In this document: in pieces, positions 9,666-20,810 of the stretch
Layout: the number at the start of each line of letters is the position of its first letter
How positions within the stretch are numbered: position 1 is the first letter of the stretch
Source of the DNA: a virus
Strand: one strand, 5' to 3'
DNA length: 33,768 nt
Virus genome (UHGV): UHGV-0181805
Made by a program: the position numbers and the translations under genes
Notes under the pieces: generated by a model
Told to the model about the DNA's origin: nothing
What the model saw: the letters and a program-made list of their open reading frames with translations, nothing else
The model's database searches: none

Positions 9666-11083
9666 TACTCGATCCTTATCTGGCAGCCTGACAGAGTGAC
9701 AGGTGACTTCGTGATAACGCGCAATTTGAAGCCGACATTTTTCCTGATGCGCCCTACTTTCTTCCACAAAACACGTTTGTCATAAACGAACGGTTCATTC
9801 TGCTCAATCATCTGCTCACGCCCGTAATTGATGCCGTCAGTGGTCGCAGAGAGGAACAGGCGGTCAGCATACTGCGCAACGCCAGTTGAAGATTCAACTT
9901 CAAGGTCGAAAACTCTGGCGTTATCTGCTTTGAACAACGGAGTAAACAGCAGGTGTTCCTGTTGAAGACCATACTGACTGCTGATATCGAACTGCAATTT
10001 CCCGGTCACGGACTCCAGCTTATCGCCGCACGTTATCTGATTGCCTTCGTAAATGAAGTCGATAGCGCGGTACACATCGTCATACAGGCCTGTTTTCAGC
10101 ACACACCATTGCGGACCATTGGCGCTTGAAGATGCGTCGTACACGAGGACGTGGCGCGGAAGATGGATAATCAGCAACTCATGCGCATCAAATCTCAGAG
10201 ACTCCATCACGCCATCAGCCAGTTCATCAGCAGTGTAGGAGCGGAGAATTTTCTCAATGCTCGCGCTGGCGATTGGTGACACCTGACCGGAGCCAATGAT
10301 GTATACAGACGGCGCACCAGTTGCCGGATTGCTGATGAACGCATACGAATCAGCAAACGGCGTTTTGCAGTAAGTCCCGGCAATACCTTTCTGCACCATC
10401 AATGATGGCTGTGCGACATACAAAGCGGCACCAACGGTGGTTGACCCCGTCAGGGAGAAATATTCAATCGTCGACGAACCAAAGCAGACTATGAAGTCTC
10501 GCCATGTGCCGATACCGATGATGCCGTCCGGCTGCGATTCTGCGCGATATTGTGCGCTGTAACGGTCAGGATGCGATTCGTCTTCAAGGTCAGTGATAAA
10601 CCATGAATCAGTGCCGTCTTTTGACCACGCATAACGCCCACGTAAGCGCGTAATGTCGCGAACTGAACCTAACTCATACTGAGTGAATCCACTGTCTGTA
10701 GGCCAGTTTGAGACGGTTTTAACCGTGCCATCATAGCGATACTCGACCAGTTGACCATTAACGCCTACCGCCTGTGATGTCCGACCATGCGCCATTGATA
10801 CACGACCACTTCCGGCAACGTCACCGACTTCACTTTCTCCTTTGTACAGCTTGCCACCACACACACGATAAACAGCACTCTGCGCCATGTTGTACTCGAC
10901 GCCTCGCGATACTCCGTTCACATCAGAACGTTTGGCAATGCCCGGGAATGAGCGAAGATATCCGCTGCTGTTGAGTATTTCTTTGGGTGTAGCCAACATA
11001 TTCACTGGCAGATAGTCGATATAGTCGGCGTTTCGAAAGTCTTTGCCGACACCTTTCATAAGCGGAAGTTGCTGAATCGGCAT
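9665..11083 (-). CDS. Tail hub protein, P22 gp10-like
   Basis: 472 aa (same as P22 gp10); gene order. Confidence 0.8.
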
Positions 11084-11092
11084 TTATTCACC

Positions 11093-11554
11093 TCACGTAC
11101 TCGGATCATCTTTCTCGATGTAAAACCGATTCCACGTAAACGCGCTTTTGTTACCACTACCGCGAGGCATGTCATTTCGCCGCTCAAGTGGTGGTATTTT
11201 GGTTAAAGCGATACAGATTGTCTGATATGCACTGTCAGCAGCGGTAAGGAGAGCGTCTGACGGCTGAATGACGTTATCCATGCACACTTGCACAGCGAGT
11301 TTCAAAGCGACGCCATCATTTGCCCATGCAGGGATACCTGAATCATCGTCCGGTAACGGCATGATGCCGTTTTCTGTATCAGCAAACTGATACCCAAGCT
11401 CGATACCTTTAGCCTGCCATGCTGCCATCATGTCTTCGAGGTCATTAATGGCATCTTCAATTGCCTGAGGGTCAGCATCTGTCAACGTGGCATTGGAATA
11501 CAGCCCGGCTTTTCGTAAAGCCTTTAGAACGAGATCACCCTTCGTTTTCGCCAT
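11093..11554 (-). CDS. Head completion / tail adaptor protein, P22 gp4-like
   Basis: 153 aa; position immediately after coat region. Confidence 0.75.
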   Translation of the reverse strand: MAKTKGDLVLKALRKAGLYSNATLTDADPQAIEDAINDLEDMMAAWQAKGIELGYQFADTENGIMPLPDDDSGIPAWANDGVALKLAVQVCMDNVIQPSDALLTAADSAYQTICIALTKIPPLERRNDMPRGSGNKSAFTWNRFYIEKDDPST

Positions 11555-11723
11555 CTTCTTCCGCCTTAGCCACTTTATGCTTCGTTGCGGTTTCTTCAGG
11601 AGTTTTTACCCAGCCTTTTTTCAGGTGAGATTTAACTTCTTCGTCATCAACAATGATGTAATCGACAGCAAACTGACCACAGGTGATCATGTTGCCAGGC
11701 TTATAGAGCATTGTTCGTGCCAT
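11535..11723 (-). CDS. Hypothetical 62-aa protein between coat terminator and gp4
   Basis: ORF with GGAG 7 nt upstream of ATG; acidic C-terminus; no recognised motif. Confidence 0.3.
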   Translation of the reverse strand: MARTMLYKPGNMITCGQFAVDYIIVDDEEVKSHLKKGWVKTPEETATKHKVAKAEEDGENEG

Positions 11724-11734
11724 TGTCTTCTCCC

Positions 11735-11757
11735 AATAAAAATGGGGCCGAAGCCCC
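11735..11757 (-). terminator. Intrinsic terminator immediately after the major capsid gene
   Basis: Minus-strand GGGGCttcgGCCCC (UUCG tetraloop) followed by ATTTTTATT. Confidence 0.6.
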
Positions 11758-11762
11758 TTAGA

Positions 11763-13022
11763 TTACTGGTTAGCCAGTACCAGGCCGGTAAACTCTGGAA
11801 CCAATACACTTGCGCCAGCCAGCGTGGTGAATCGCGTCCACGTCTTACCTGCTTTGGCATCGAACTGGTAAGCCATGATGATGGTCGCCCCCTGCTCGGT
11901 AGTTGCCGTCATAACCTGCGGGCCCTGCCCGGTCGGGAATGCCAGCTTGCCGTACATCAGCTCTACAGATCCCTCAGCAAAGAAGATGTTGGAAGCCGCA
12001 GCCTTCTTGTTGAGAATGGTGATCGCCGCGTTATTCGCCGGATTGGCGGTAACGTTCTGGTAAGGAATAGACGGCGCATCAGCGTTGTTTGGTGGCAGAA
12101 TTTTCGGGCTGATGGTAACGGTGGTGCCATTTACCGCCAGGACGCGGAATACCTGCGACTGGCCTGTATCCACCTTCTTGATCATGTGGACACTATTAAC
12201 GCCTGCGATAGTGAATGCATCACCAACAGCCAGCACGCCAGCAGTAGACACGGTGATGTCGCCCTGACGGTTATCAGTAGGTGCGCCGTTGGAGTCCATT
12301 GCGGTAACTTTATGCGCTACTGCGCCACCAAGAGTTACGGCGGTGGCAGAACCTGCCTTCATCGCGCCAGCATAATCAACACGGAAGCTGTCGAAGGATG
12401 CCACAGGTGGGATCTGAGCTTTCTCATACGCCGTCAGCGTTGCGCCAACTGCATATGCGCGAGAGCCAAGCTCTTTAGCCAGGTCTTTGTAGTTGAACGG
12501 GTTGTAGAACGCTTTGCGCTGCCCACCCTGCGGCACACCAATAGAGAGCATCATTGCGTCAATGCCTGCAGATGCGTTCCAGAGGTCTTCGCCGAGAGTC
12601 TTGCCGGTTGATGCCGAACCAATGGTGACCATGTTGGTAGCGCGGGCGGCCACCTCATCGACGATCAGGTTATCAACCCACGCTGCCAGCTGACGACCCG
12701 CCGCTTTACCAGCTTGCTCCTTATGCCATGGATCGCGCATTTCTTTTGCGTCCAGCTCGTAGATAACGTTTTCTGGCTCGCGGAAACGCGCAGGTACCTG
12801 ACGCTGAACGAGTGAGTTTGCAGTTGCTGCGGTCAGATCTAGGCCGCTAACGGTTTTCAGATGGTAACCTTGAGGGCGATAAACTACGTCGCCTGCGCGT
12901 TGCATTTCAGTGTCGCCCGGGCGGAACTTGCTGCACTCACGGGATACTACGTTTGATGCCTCGAATCCATCAATGACGTTTTCAAATAGGATTTCAAGGT
13001 CTTTAGTTAACTGATTAGGCAT
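11763..13022 (-). CDS. Major capsid (coat) protein
   Basis: 419 aa; position between scaffold and gp4 as in P22-like phages; followed by strong terminator; sequence not close to P22 gp5 as recalled. Confidence 0.7.
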   Translation of the reverse strand: MPNQLTKDLEILFENVIDGFEASNVVSRECSKFRPGDTEMQRAGDVVYRPQGYHLKTVSGLDLTAATANSLVQRQVPARFREPENVIYELDAKEMRDPWHKEQAGKAAGRQLAAWVDNLIVDEVAARATNMVTIGSASTGKTLGEDLWNASAGIDAMMLSIGVPQGGQRKAFYNPFNYKDLAKELGSRAYAVGATLTAYEKAQIPPVASFDSFRVDYAGAMKAGSATAVTLGGAVAHKVTAMDSNGAPTDNRQGDITVSTAGVLAVGDAFTIAGVNSVHMIKKVDTGQSQVFRVLAVNGTTVTISPKILPPNNADAPSIPYQNVTANPANNAAITILNKKAAASNIFFAEGSVELMYGKLAFPTGQGPQVMTATTEQGATIIMAYQFDAKAGKTWTRFTTLAGASVLVPEFTGLVLANQ

Positions 13023-13042
13023 ACTTTTTTAGCTCCGATGGA

Positions 13043-13939
13043 TTATTTTTTAGCTTTATTCTTCGCCGCTCGGTATGCGGTGTAATCACCGGTGGCGCGC
13101 GCTTTTTCGAGAAGTTTGTCGAGATTATTAATTGCAGCGCCATTGCTCCCCTTAACTGTCGGGGTTGTGGCTGCCGTGGTTTTTGCTTTTGGCATGATTC
13201 TGGCCTTCGATTCGATACGTTCCAGCAGACGACCAATTGCTACGGGGTTGGTAGCTTCTGCCAGTTGCTTGCGCAGTTCAGCGTTGCGACCGAGCGCCAG
13301 AACAACGATTTCCGGCTTCTCTGACTCAAACAGGATCGCGTTTTGTGTCTCTATGGGGATTTCCTCGAGTACGGCCTGTTCAGCTTCCTGATAGCCAGGA
13401 ACCTTGAGAGCCTTAACACGTTGCTGATATTTGGATAATCGCTCTTGATAGGCAGCCTGAAGCTCCTGCTCCTTCTGCTTACGAGCCATCTCCTGTTGCT
13501 GGTACTTTCCGTTATCCTCTGCCCACTTAGCCATGCGTTGCTGGTAGATTTCTTCATCGAAACCGATGTCCTCATCATCCAGTTTTGGCATTCGCGGTGG
13601 TTGAGTGATTACCGGCTGCTGCTCGACGGGTTTCTGAGACTGACGCATCAGTTCTTTCAGTTCGCGGTCTTTCTCTTTAATCGTCTTGCGCAGGTGTTTT
13701 ACCAGTCCATGCTCTGCGCCATCTTCGCTGGTTGGCGAATCCAGCTTTTCGTCACCAAAGTAGAATTCCTGTTCTGATTCGTCGTCATCAGTTTCAGTAG
13801 CTTCCTCTGCATCATTGCCGGAGGACTCACTGCCATCTTCTGTTTCGACTTCTTCAGCCAGTTCGACATCATCAGGAATCTGCTCTGACGCGTCGGTTTC
13901 GATTTCAACTTCTGGTGTGTTTTCTGCCATCTGGTCCAT
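13043..13939 (-). CDS. Scaffolding protein, P22 gp8-like
   Basis: 298 aa, very acidic N-terminus, Q/K/E-rich helical body, C-terminal ...GDYTAYRAAKNKAKK resembling the P22 gp8 coat-binding tail. Confidence 0.75.
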   Translation of the reverse strand: MDQMAENTPEVEIETDASEQIPDDVELAEEVETEDGSESSGNDAEEATETDDDESEQEFYFGDEKLDSPTSEDGAEHGLVKHLRKTIKEKDRELKELMRQSQKPVEQQPVITQPPRMPKLDDEDIGFDEEIYQQRMAKWAEDNGKYQQQEMARKQKEQELQAAYQERLSKYQQRVKALKVPGYQEAEQAVLEEIPIETQNAILFESEKPEIVVLALGRNAELRKQLAEATNPVAIGRLLERIESKARIMPKAKTTAATTPTVKGSNGAAINNLDKLLEKARATGDYTAYRAAKNKAKK

Positions 13940-14029
13940 TTGTTACCCCTGTTTACTCGATGTTCAGCCCATCGGAAGGCAATAGGGTGCCAGGCCTCAT
14001 AAAGACAGCCATTGCACGTTATGGGTTAA

Positions 14030-16231
14030 TTACTGCTGTGGTTGTTGCTGAGTTGATTTTTGCAGGATGCTGCTGATGTCCATGCGCTGCGCATGGCCCT
14101 GTGCCTGACTTTTCAGGACAAGCTCTGCATCAGCACGGGCATTATCTCCTTGCTGTTGCTGGAACTGTCCGAGCAGTTTCAGAGCCTCGCGGATATCAGA
14201 TTTCTGCTGACTATCGGCAGATGCGAGTATTTTCACAACATTTGCCGCTGCAACCTGAGCATCAGTCTGTGCCTGGAATGCTTTAACCTGAATGGCTGCC
14301 TGTTCGTTCTGCGCTTTCTGCAATTCAGCCTGACCAGCAAGAAGCTGACCTTGCGCTGCAACCATAGCCGGATCTGGCTGACTGGCCTGTTGTTGTTTCG
14401 CCTGCTCAACCATCTGCTGTTCTTCTGGCGTTCTCGGCTTGATAACACCAGACAGAAGCAACTGATTGCGGTTGTATTCTTTAAGGTCGTCCATCCCTTC
14501 GCCGTCCATATTGTCGAGAATCATCGACGATACAAGGTCGTGCTTCGGCGTTCCTGGTGGGATAAGTGCCAGCATGGAAAGTAACGACTTAACCGTTGCA
14601 TCACGGCGAGTAGCGAACGACTGACCGACATCGACAGTCACTTCATAGTTACCCTGCGAAAGGTCGTTAAGCGCGATAACCTGCCCTGTCTGACGGTCAA
14701 CCACTTCACCAGTCATTAGCGCCACGTCATCGCTGCCGTCCTCATTAACGATGCGCATCGGCGTATCACTGCCATAGACCTCACGCGCCATAGAAAGCCA
14801 CACAACGCCAGCGCGGCGCATGGATTTAGCCATGTTGTCCATGTAGATATAGGACTGCGTGTCCATCCGGTTAAAGATGCTATCAACGGTATCGGTGGCG
14901 ACGTTGCTCGGCATGTTCTCAAGCTGCGACGCACCTGTAATTTGCTGAATAGCCGTTCCGGTGTACTGCAATAGCCCGGCAAGAGCTGGAGGCATTTGTG
15001 TCGGAGGCGTATAACTGCTGACCTGAGCCTGCGCAGTAATATCTCCGTTTTTGTTTTTCAGACTGACCATCGGCAGGAACGCCGGGCGCTTTTTGTTGCG
15101 CTCCGCCCAATGAGCGGCGAGAGGACCAGGAATCATGTCAACATCAACTACAGGAATGCCATCACCGCCAGCCTGAGTAGCGTTATCTGCAATCATGGAA
15201 ACCATCAGGTTCTCAAGACGCTGTGCATCCATCGCTTTTGCTGCGTGGCCTTCAATTCGCTCCTGATTATCAACAAATGAGCGACGCCCATATACCGGGA
15301 TGAGAGGAATATGTTCACCCGGAATACGCTTCGGTTCTTCCAGCCATTCAGCGCCAGACAGAAGACCGCAATAAACGCGGCGCTTCTTCACCGTTCGCTC
15401 GCCAATCAGTTCGAATGCACCATCGGTCAGCTCGTCGACAATATCTTTGATTTGCTCTTCATCATAGATTGCCGTTTCTCCGCTAACAGGGTTGCGCCAC
15501 GCCGTGAGCTTCACCTTCTCTATGCGAACTTCGTAGTAGCGTCCAACATAGATGGCATCGGGCGTTGACCAGTCATATTGAGTGCCAGTGTCATCACGAG
15601 AAAGGCTTGCCGCGATGGAATCAGGGTATTCAGTCTCGAACGCTTTAGGCGTCATGGAGAACATTTCCATAGCCCACATAGCATCAGAGCGGTCATATTG
15701 CTTGCTGTCCTGATCAAAGAAGACGCATGTCGCTGGGTCGTAAACAGGAAGAAGGCTTATACGGCGTTGCTCGTTACTCGGATCCATTTCATCTTCGTAA
15801 TCGGCACACATGCGGAAACAACCGAATCCGCCCGTTACAGCATCATCAAATGCGTTATCACACGCTTCGCCACCTGATGTTTCCTGATAGTCAGCGCGGA
15901 ATTTGCCGTTCATTTTTTCGGCTAACGCTTCCGATGCCTTGTCATCCTTCGGCCTGAATTTAACGCTGATGCGATTCTGTCGATACTCGCCAATGATGCG
16001 ATCACATTCACGGGCAATCTTATTTAGTTCAAAGCGCGGGTAATGCTCAAACCTGCCTTCATCAAATGAGTAACCAGCGTTTGTGCTGCCTTCCCACTGT
16101 GCACCGGACACCCTGACGAAACGTTGAGCCTCAATAATCTGCTCACGCATATCCTGCGTTGCTGACCAGGCATTATCAAAGTTGCACAGCACCTTGCGAT
16201 GCCAGTCAGTCATCTTTCTATCATCAGCCAT
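14030..16231 (-). CDS. Portal protein, P22 gp1-like (start placed at ATG 16231, MADDRK...)
   Basis: Central ...KRRRVY......GEHIP.IPV.G... and Q-rich C-terminal barrel resemble recalled P22 portal; TAATG overlap with terminase stop. Confidence 0.9.
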   Translation of the reverse strand: MADDRKMTDWHRKVLCNFDNAWSATQDMREQIIEAQRFVRVSGAQWEGSTNAGYSFDEGRFEHYPRFELNKIARECDRIIGEYRQNRISVKFRPKDDKASEALAEKMNGKFRADYQETSGGEACDNAFDDAVTGGFGCFRMCADYEDEMDPSNEQRRISLLPVYDPATCVFFDQDSKQYDRSDAMWAMEMFSMTPKAFETEYPDSIAASLSRDDTGTQYDWSTPDAIYVGRYYEVRIEKVKLTAWRNPVSGETAIYDEEQIKDIVDELTDGAFELIGERTVKKRRVYCGLLSGAEWLEEPKRIPGEHIPLIPVYGRRSFVDNQERIEGHAAKAMDAQRLENLMVSMIADNATQAGGDGIPVVDVDMIPGPLAAHWAERNKKRPAFLPMVSLKNKNGDITAQAQVSSYTPPTQMPPALAGLLQYTGTAIQQITGASQLENMPSNVATDTVDSIFNRMDTQSYIYMDNMAKSMRRAGVVWLSMAREVYGSDTPMRIVNEDGSDDVALMTGEVVDRQTGQVIALNDLSQGNYEVTVDVGQSFATRRDATVKSLLSMLALIPPGTPKHDLVSSMILDNMDGEGMDDLKEYNRNQLLLSGVIKPRTPEEQQMVEQAKQQQASQPDPAMVAAQGQLLAGQAELQKAQNEQAAIQVKAFQAQTDAQVAAANVVKILASADSQQKSDIREALKLLGQFQQQQGDNARADAELVLKSQAQGHAQRMDISSILQKSTQQQPQQ

Positions 16232-17727
16232 TATCCAACTCCGCAAGGTATGTTGTAGCTTGAGTAATCAATCTCTTTAGGATCTTTGATGTCTCGCATC
16301 TGTATTGCAAAACGCCTCATCATGTAGCCATAGCGAACAGCAGAAAGGATGTCGTCATTTAGCTTGACGATCTTCCCGTTCTCATCGCGGTGATACAGGC
16401 GAAACTCTTCAAAGAATGGCTCGCAGGTGTTAAATACCTTGAAACGACCGTCGAGCATCATGTCGCGTATCTCTGCTATCCCGGGTTCGACCGCATTACC
16501 TCCATCAGGCCATGTTGCATGATCTGGCAACATATCGAACCCAGCGTCGGCGTATTGTTCCTTGAGCTGAGCGCCGCCTCCCTTTTCGTGCTGATGCCCG
16601 TCATGAGGCCAAGCCGTAGGGGTGTTTTTGCTCCATGCTTTAACAGCACTCCATGCCTCTGTCGCCTTCTTCTGTTTGGCCTTCCAGACGCGAGAAAGAT
16701 AAATCACGTCCTCGTCTTTATCCCACCAAAGCTGGATGTGTGCCTGTGGGTGATCCCATCCGAAGTCCATTGCATTGATGACGTAGAAGTGATCAGGACA
16801 CTCGAACGGCTGACACTTAATAGTCTCTTCCGGTATCTGGAAGATTCGACCGCTACCCATCGTAGGAATACCGCGAGCACGCGCCTCTCTCTCATGCTCA
16901 GGATAGGATGCGATGATTTGCTCTTTCTGCTCGTCGGTATAGTGCTCAGCATCATAGATGGTCATGTTGACCACTTTCTGCGACTTGCTGGGATTCTTCA
17001 GGAACTTAGTAACAACGTCAGACATCCCCATCAGCGGGGTAAACGTCAGAATTGAGAATTGCCCGTATTTGTTGGTACGGGTAAGACCTTCGCCATAAAT
17101 GCTGTATGGTGGCTCTTCGTCAAACCACACGCCGTGGATTGTGTCACCCTGCCAGCGAGCACGGCCTTGCGAGTATGGTTTGAAGTAGCAGATTGAAATG
17201 CCATCTTCAACGCCATCAGCCGTGTGATGCTTAACCAGAAGGTGATCAACAAGGTTCGGAAAGAAAGGAGACTTCTTCCAGCTAATGATGTCCTCTTTCG
17301 GTATTGAACCGTAGCCCGGCTCATCATTCTCTTCAATACGACCGCACAGGATGCGTTGAGTCGTTTTGGTTACAGTCTCGTTTGTCTCGCCACCAATCCA
17401 GAAGACAACAGGCTCATAAAAACGCTTACCTTTCCACTCACCGCCATATTTACCATCAGCAGGATAGCCTTTTGTGCCCGGATAACGCCCTGTAAGGTGA
17501 AACGCTACTTCAGCAGCACCAGTAAATGACTTACCAAGCTGGTTACCAGCCATAAAACAGCGCTCTGGATAGTCATGCCCGGCGTCGATGAACTCACACT
17601 GTTTGCTGTATGGCGTAAATTCATATAGCAGGTGTGTGTTCCGGTAGTTCTCTTCTTCTTCGAGTAGCTCGAGCAATTCGATTTGCTCTTCGTCGCTCAG
17701 GTTATCAAGAATCGCGTCCAGTTCCAC
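16231..17727 (-). CDS. Terminase large subunit
   Basis: 498 aa (P22 gp2 about 499 aa); position between small terminase and portal. Confidence 0.85.
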   Translation of the reverse strand: MELDAILDNLSDEEQIELLELLEEEENYRNTHLLYEFTPYSKQCEFIDAGHDYPERCFMAGNQLGKSFTGAAEVAFHLTGRYPGTKGYPADGKYGGEWKGKRFYEPVVFWIGGETNETVTKTTQRILCGRIEENDEPGYGSIPKEDIISWKKSPFFPNLVDHLLVKHHTADGVEDGISICYFKPYSQGRARWQGDTIHGVWFDEEPPYSIYGEGLTRTNKYGQFSILTFTPLMGMSDVVTKFLKNPSKSQKVVNMTIYDAEHYTDEQKEQIIASYPEHEREARARGIPTMGSGRIFQIPEETIKCQPFECPDHFYVINAMDFGWDHPQAHIQLWWDKDEDVIYLSRVWKAKQKKATEAWSAVKAWSKNTPTAWPHDGHQHEKGGGAQLKEQYADAGFDMLPDHATWPDGGNAVEPGIAEIRDMMLDGRFKVFNTCEPFFEEFRLYHRDENGKIVKLNDDILSAVRYGYMMRRFAIQMRDIKDPKEIDYSSYNIPCGVG

Positions 17728-18199
17728 GGTTGAATAGCTCCTTGATACGAGAGCGCCGCTTATCGCGATCTCCCTTATCAGGTGTCACGTCTTCAACTTG
17801 CGACTGCTCTTTGAGGCCCAAATCACGGGCGATGATGTTAGCGTTGAGAAGGTCAGCGGCTGCGCCAGAGAATTTCTGGTCGTAGATGACCTGTTCTGCT
17901 CGCGTAACGACTTCAGATAAATCTTCTCGCAGGCGATATGTGCGCCATGTTTCAAGCGTCACATCAATGAACAGAGTGAGGCCGGTAATGGTCATCGCTC
18001 GCATCTTGGCGATAGGCTCTTGTATCACTTCACCCTGATACGAGAACGCCTTCATCTCCCATAGCGGGTTAGCTTCTACCCACTCGAAGTATTCACAACA
18101 AGCAGCCCACAGCGCCTCAGGCGATTCGAATTTAGGATTTCGCCCATGACTACTGCGGGCCTCCCAAAATCGGTTGCCCTTTGGTGCTGCCATATTCAT
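17705..18199 (-). CDS. Terminase small subunit, P22 gp3-like
   Basis: 164 aa; sequence from [48 protein letters not shown] matches recalled P22 gp3. Confidence 0.9.
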   Translation of the reverse strand: MNMAAPKGNRFWEARSSHGRNPKFESPEALWAACCEYFEWVEANPLWEMKAFSYQGEVIQEPIAKMRAMTITGLTLFIDVTLETWRTYRLREDLSEVVTRAEQVIYDQKFSGAAADLLNANIIARDLGLKEQSQVEDVTPDKGDRDKRRSRIKELFNRGTGRDS

Positions 18200-18200
18200 C

Positions 18201-18392
18201 TCACTTAATTGTCATTTCAGGTCGTTGGCTCTTCATGCTTTCAATCAATGACTGCTTCAGCAATTCGAGTGTGCCAATCGCCTCACATACACTGATTTCA
18301 CCATAATCATGGATGACGCTTTCCAGCCTCTCGTATAGCTCTTGAGTAATTGGGAATTTCTTCTCCTTACCCAAATTGATTACGCGGCTCAC
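18201..18392 (-). CDS. Hypothetical 63-aa protein
   Basis: ORF abutting the small terminase gene; no motif recognised. Confidence 0.4.
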   Translation of the reverse strand: MSRVINLGKEKKFPITQELYERLESVIHDYGEISVCEAIGTLELLKQSLIESMKSQRPEMTIK

Positions 18393-18393
18393 A

Positions 18394-18636
18394 TCATGCT
18401 CCGGTAGTGAACAGGTCTAACGCTTCCTTCGATTTACGCACCGCTTCAAATGTGCGGATCGTGATATCCGAATTAGCGCCGCCTGACTGGAAGTGAATTT
18501 TGAATAGCTCAAGCTTCAGTTCGTCAGTGCCAATGAACTGAAATGCTTCTTCTGCGGCTGCGTTCTGGTTCATGACCAGTTTGTAAATCTCTAACTGGAA
18601 TTTCTGTTCTTCAGTCATGGGAATAATCTCTGCCAT
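18394..18636 (-). CDS. Hypothetical 80-aa protein
   Basis: ORF 1 nt upstream of the 63-aa ORF; no motif recognised. Confidence 0.4.
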   Translation of the reverse strand: MAEIIPMTEEQKFQLEIYKLVMNQNAAAEEAFQFIGTDELKLELFKIHFQSGGANSDITIRTFEAVRKSKEALDLFTTGA

Positions 18637-18740
18637 TGTTGGCTCCGTTTATCCGTTAAAAGGGATATCAGTTAAGTTATCCCGTGTAGGGTATAAGCCA
18701 TTATCAAAGCCACTCTGCAAGGAATGGCTTTTGTGATGGC

Positions 18741-18766
18741 AATAAAAAGCCACACATATGCGTGGC
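18741..18766 (-). terminator. Intrinsic terminator immediately downstream of the protease gene
   Basis: Near-perfect 18-bp palindrome GCCACaCATATGcGTGGC (18749..18766); on minus strand followed by TTTTTATTGCC. Confidence 0.6.
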
Positions 18767-18799
18767 CATATCATGTATAAAATCTTATACAACGAATGT

Positions 18800-19540
18800 T
18801 TATTTCGTAGGGAAAGATGTGATCACATCAACGATGGGCTGGATTGAAAATCCAATACCAATTCCGGAGTTAGCATTCAGCGACATCATGTCCGAAACAA
18901 TCTGTAGCGATCTACCAAACATGTCCGCCATTTGCCCGAAATTAACACCCATGATCTCAACACTTCCATGCAGACTTGCTGAAGAAAGATATTGTCGCAG
19001 TTGGGCTATTTCTTGGCTGAAAGCATCAGCCTGATCGCCCATTATATATCTACGCTGGGTGACGATACCTACTAACTCTCCCGAATCTCGATCAATAATA
19101 GGTCCTCCTGAGTTCCCCCCATTAACCATTCCATCAAGCGTAAATCGGCCATGCTCCATCGGTGCTGAAATAATTGCCTCACTTGTTAGTAACAGAGGTA
19201 TCCCATGCGGGTATCCTGCAAAAATTACTTTTCTGCCCCTGGATGGAGCAAACCCAGCAGATGGTTGAAGGACTGTTCTTCCGCCAGGAAGGGGGGATTG
19301 CAATTGCATGATAGCAAAGTCGTTACTACCATCAACATGCAAAATTTTAGCGTCGATACTCTCATTTGCTTCAGTTTGAAGAATGACGTCATTGATTTGA
19401 CACTCGGTTTGTAAGTCACAACAGGTGGCCACAACATGCAAGTTAGTTACAACTAGGTTTTCTCGCATGAAACTGAACCCGCTACCACGAGACTTACCTG
19501 CAATGACCTGAAATGTTGCGTTGGCTAAGTTTTGATGCAT
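18800..19540 (-). CDS. Trypsin-like (S1 / HtrA-type Trypsin_2) serine protease, cytoplasmic, no PDZ domain
   Basis: 246 aa; catalytic-triad motifs TNLHVV (His), NDFAIMQL (Asp), GNSGGP (Ser) in canonical order; no signal peptide; about 90-aa C-terminal extension. Confidence 0.8.
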   Translation of the reverse strand: MHQNLANATFQVIAGKSRGSGFSFMRENLVVTNLHVVATCCDLQTECQINDVILQTEANESIDAKILHVDGSNDFAIMQLQSPLPGGRTVLQPSAGFAPSRGRKVIFAGYPHGIPLLLTSEAIISAPMEHGRFTLDGMVNGGNSGGPIIDRDSGELVGIVTQRRYIMGDQADAFSQEIAQLRQYLSSASLHGSVEIMGVNFGQMADMFGRSLQIVSDMMSLNANSGIGIGFSIQPIVDVITSFPTK

Positions 19541-19652
19541 TGAAATCCTCCGATTCTGGTTAGTGGAATTTCATAATGAACTCATTTCCCAGAATAATTG
19601 ATATATCACATCAATTCACGCCCGGAATATTCAATACACCAATTGGCCCGTA

Positions 19653-20090
<438 letters not shown>

Positions 20091-20246
20091 TAAGGCAGGA
20101 GGTTCATCTTTCAGTGGCTGCCAGTGTTATTTCCCCACTTACTGGCTTGGGTTGTTTCGTGGTACTGCCGTTAACTGGTGGCCCAGAATAAATTCCGGTT
20201 TCATTATCAAGCCCACCCGTAGATGGGCTTTGTAATGCCTACATGG

Positions 20247-20810
20247 TTAAATGATTTGCCAGTCTTCTGCTAGAACATCAGTCTGACTAGCCAGCCACGG
20301 TACTAATTTATCGTCCGCTGTCTTCATGCAAATGCATGGCAGCGTCACAAGGCCATTAACTCCGTCCAGGTCACACTCAAACCCCCAAGCATTCTGCTGG
20401 ATAATGAACAGATACATCCCCTTACCATTCCAGCCAGCACGGGCAACTTTATTCCCCAACTTGAGCGCTTCAATGGCAAGGCCGAAACTTAGCCCTGATA
20501 CCGGACGATAAGCCTTTTCGAATACTTCTTTTGGACTCCAGCTAACGTAGCCATCAAAGCGATCGGTGTTAGGTTTTCCGCCATCAAGATATTCAACCAG
20601 ATAGCCTTCATCCTCGCCGTTTTCTCCGGCAGGAAGCTGCCAGCCACGAAAATCGTTATATGCCTGTCTCGTCATCGGAAAGGCGTTAATCAGTTTTACG
20701 CCAATATGCTGGGTCATAAAATTACCTATAGAGTTGGGAATAAAAAGCCCCGCATCGCGAGGCTCATTAAATGGACTTTGTGATTTGCAAAACGTGTTTA
20801 TTTCAGGCAC
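20247..20810 (-). CDS. Two-domain phage protein with DUF2829-like C-terminal domain (possible Tad2-like anti-defence); true start may be Met32
   Basis: C-terminal ...[32 protein letters not shown]... fits the ALK.GKKV.R.GWNGKGM motif I associate with DUF2829; directly downstream of Rz. Confidence 0.55.
   Translation of the reverse strand: MPEINTFCKSQSPFNEPRDAGLFIPNSIGNFMTQHIGVKLINAFPMTRQAYNDFRGWQLPAGENGEDEGYLVEYLDGGKPNTDRFDGYVSWSPKEVFEKAYRPVSGLSFGLAIEALKLGNKVARAGWNGKGMYLFIIQQNAWGFECDLDGVNGLVTLPCICMKTADDKLVPWLASQTDVLAEDWQII

Noticed and set aside
11487-12611. 374-aa plus-strand ORF
   Set aside because: Lies entirely antisense within the coat gene region; Arg/Cys-rich low-complexity translation typical of a shadow ORF on the opposite strand of a real gene.
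14060-14584. 174-aa plus-strand ORF inside the portal gene
   Set aside because: Antisense to the well-supported portal CDS; no RBS context; likely spurious.
16390-17055. 221-aa plus-strand ORF inside the terminase large subunit gene
   Set aside because: Antisense shadow ORF within a confidently assigned gene.
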